DNA of 63,727 bases, the filler included, from Octopus bimaculoides (Eukaryota): the NCBI RefSeq assembly GCF_001194135.2. It is 6 parts of 5 records of this genome, joined end to end, with 100 filler letters (N's around TTAATTAATTAA, not from the genome) between each part and the next. Parts side by side here need not be neighbours in the genome. Positions count along the whole stretch, not along the records: positions 60,813 to 63,727 come from NW_026327630.1; 5 more parts are not named here. One strand, 5' to 3'. The notes under the pieces are model-generated. The model did no database searches. It saw only the letters and a program-made list of their open reading frames with translations, and had not been told where the DNA came from. Positions 61,896 to 63,727 of the stretch are shown here, piece by piece; position 1 is the stretch's first letter, and every line of letters starts with the position of its first letter. The position numbers and the translations under genes are program-made.

Positions 61896-62198
61896 TATCC
61901 TCATCATCCTCATCCTCCTCATCATCCTCATCATCATCCTCCTCATCATCCTCATCATCATCCTCCTCATCATCCTCATCATCCTCCTCATCATCCTCAT
62001 CACCCTCATCATCCTCATCACCCTCATCCTCCTCATCTTCCTCATCCTCATCCTCCTCATCTTCCTCATCCTCATCCTCCTCATCTTCCTCATCCTCATC
62101 CTCCTCATCTTCCTCATCCTCCTCATCATCCTCCTCCTCCTCCTCATCCTCATCATCCTCATCACCCTCATCCTCCTCCTCATCCTCCTCATCCTCCA
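61896..62198. repeat. Compound (CAT/CCT/CTT)n trinucleotide array
   Basis: About 100 in-phase triplets with higher-order repetition; explains the L/I-rich and R/M-rich ORFs. Confidence 0.95.
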
Positions 62199-63727
62199 GT
62201 CTTCAACCAGCTTATTGTTTTTACTCTATTTCTGATGATCTTCTCCCTCTGGTTCTTCATCAGTTTCTGCCCTATCTCTTACTCTTTCTCCCTCTCTTTC
62301 CAAAGCCAAGATCGAACTAATGTCTCTTTTATTCACTCTCCAGGTGTGCTACGTCCCTCATCTTGTTGGCTGAAGAGGAGTCACAGTCTGTTGCCGAGGT
62401 AACTGCCCTATCCACCTTTCTCTAAACTAAATCCCACCATCACCACCCCACAAATTTCAGGCTTTTGTGCCCATAGTACAAAGGATTAGTAGTTCATTCA
62501 TTGTCGTTATGAGCCTCCTCTGTTGTGGGGGATCCCCCATCACAAGCTGGATCAGCAACGGAACACTTTACTGTGTTATGTTACTTAGATCCAATAACTG
62601 GTAAATACAATCCAAATTGAAAAGAAATCCCTCATTCTATCTATCTGCCTGTCTATCTGCCAGTCTATCTATCTATCTGTGTATTTGTCTATCTATCTGT
62701 CTATCTACCTATCTGCCTGTCTGTCTATTTATCTATCTGTCTGTCTATCTGTTTATCTATCTGTACATTTGTCTATCTATCTTCTTCCATTGTCCTGGAA
62801 CGTCACCCATAAAAACAAAAGGAAAAAATAATGTTCTCCTCTTCTAAACAAAAAAAAACCATATTTGAATTATAGAAATGAACAACCTGTTTGCACATTC
62901 ACAATATTATTTGACAATTTCAAAGACAAATGAAAGCGCGAATAATAATAATAATAATAATGAATAAATAAAAATTTCTTTTTTCCAAAATTCTGGCAAT
63001 CTCCTTTTCATCTCAATATACAATATCTGTACACCATTTCTAACACTCTGTACATATATATATGTCTGTATATGTTTATCTATGCACACATGTCTATATA
63101 ATTTCAGGCTGAGAAACTATTCAAGCAAGCATACAAATATGCAGAGATCAGCTATAAAAAGTCACAACAGACATGTCAGCAGTCACTGATGCATGACACA
63201 GCACACAGTAAGTAGAGAGATGNNNNNNNNNNNNNNNNNNNNNNNNNNNNNNNNNNNNNNNNNNNNNNNNNNNNNNNNNNNNNNNNNNNNNNNNNNNNNN
63301 NNNNNNNNNNNNNNNNNNNNNNNNNNNNNNNNNNNNNNNNNNNNNNNNNNNNNNNNNNNNNNNNNNNNNNNNNNNNNNNNNNNNNNNNNNNNNNNNNNNN
63401 NNNNNNNNNNNNNNNNNNNNNNNNNNNNNNNNNNNNNNNNNNNNNNNNNNNNNNNNNNNNNNNGTGCAGATTGTTGTTTCTTCATCATTGTTACTGTTTC
63501 TTCTTCCATGCTGGCATGGGTTGGACGAGACTTTGTTGTTGAGTCAGTACTTCAGGTCCTCCTCACCCCTTCCTTTATTCCAACAGTCTGCACTCATTAA
63601 AACTGCTGATTGTATCTAATTAGTGAACCTGCGATGTTTGATTCATGTAAAATGATGTTGTCGTTGTTGGCGGTGACGTGTGTGTGTGTGTGTCTTATGC
63701 TCTTTGTGTAGGTGAGTGTAGGGGCTG

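Overview
AT-rich, microsatellite-dense eukaryotic genomic DNA with many N-gaps. The SINE families and simple-repeat load suggest an octopus (coleoid cephalopod) draft scaffold; this is inferred, not searched. I cannot support any intact host protein-coding gene. Most listed ORFs are microsatellite or N-run artefacts, and the recognisable ones are transposon fossils: Penelope-like elements (GIY-YIG and RT), RTE LINEs, R4/Dong-like restriction-endonuclease LINEs, Tx1/L1-like LINEs, DD37D-type mariners, a Tc1, Helitron-like pieces and about 25 tRNA-derived SINE copies in three main families (my labels A, B, C). The main signal not shown by the ORF track is a set of minimal type-I hammerhead ribozyme (HHR) motifs with palindromic stem III, from several unrelated families. 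Three occur as divergent inverted pairs (16.36-16.74 kb, 23.54-23.75 kb, 30.15-30.37 kb). One pair brackets a tRNA-like Pol III head plus an (AAT)n tract, suggesting a Penelope-mobilised, hammerhead-tailed SINE. Another HHR (31.28-31.41 kb) has an intact core with an 86-nt structured insert in stem II. Tx1-like and Dong-like LINE fragments repeatedly sit inside (GATA)n and (TAA)n arrays, consistent with microsatellite targeting. Boundaries are by eye and approximate.
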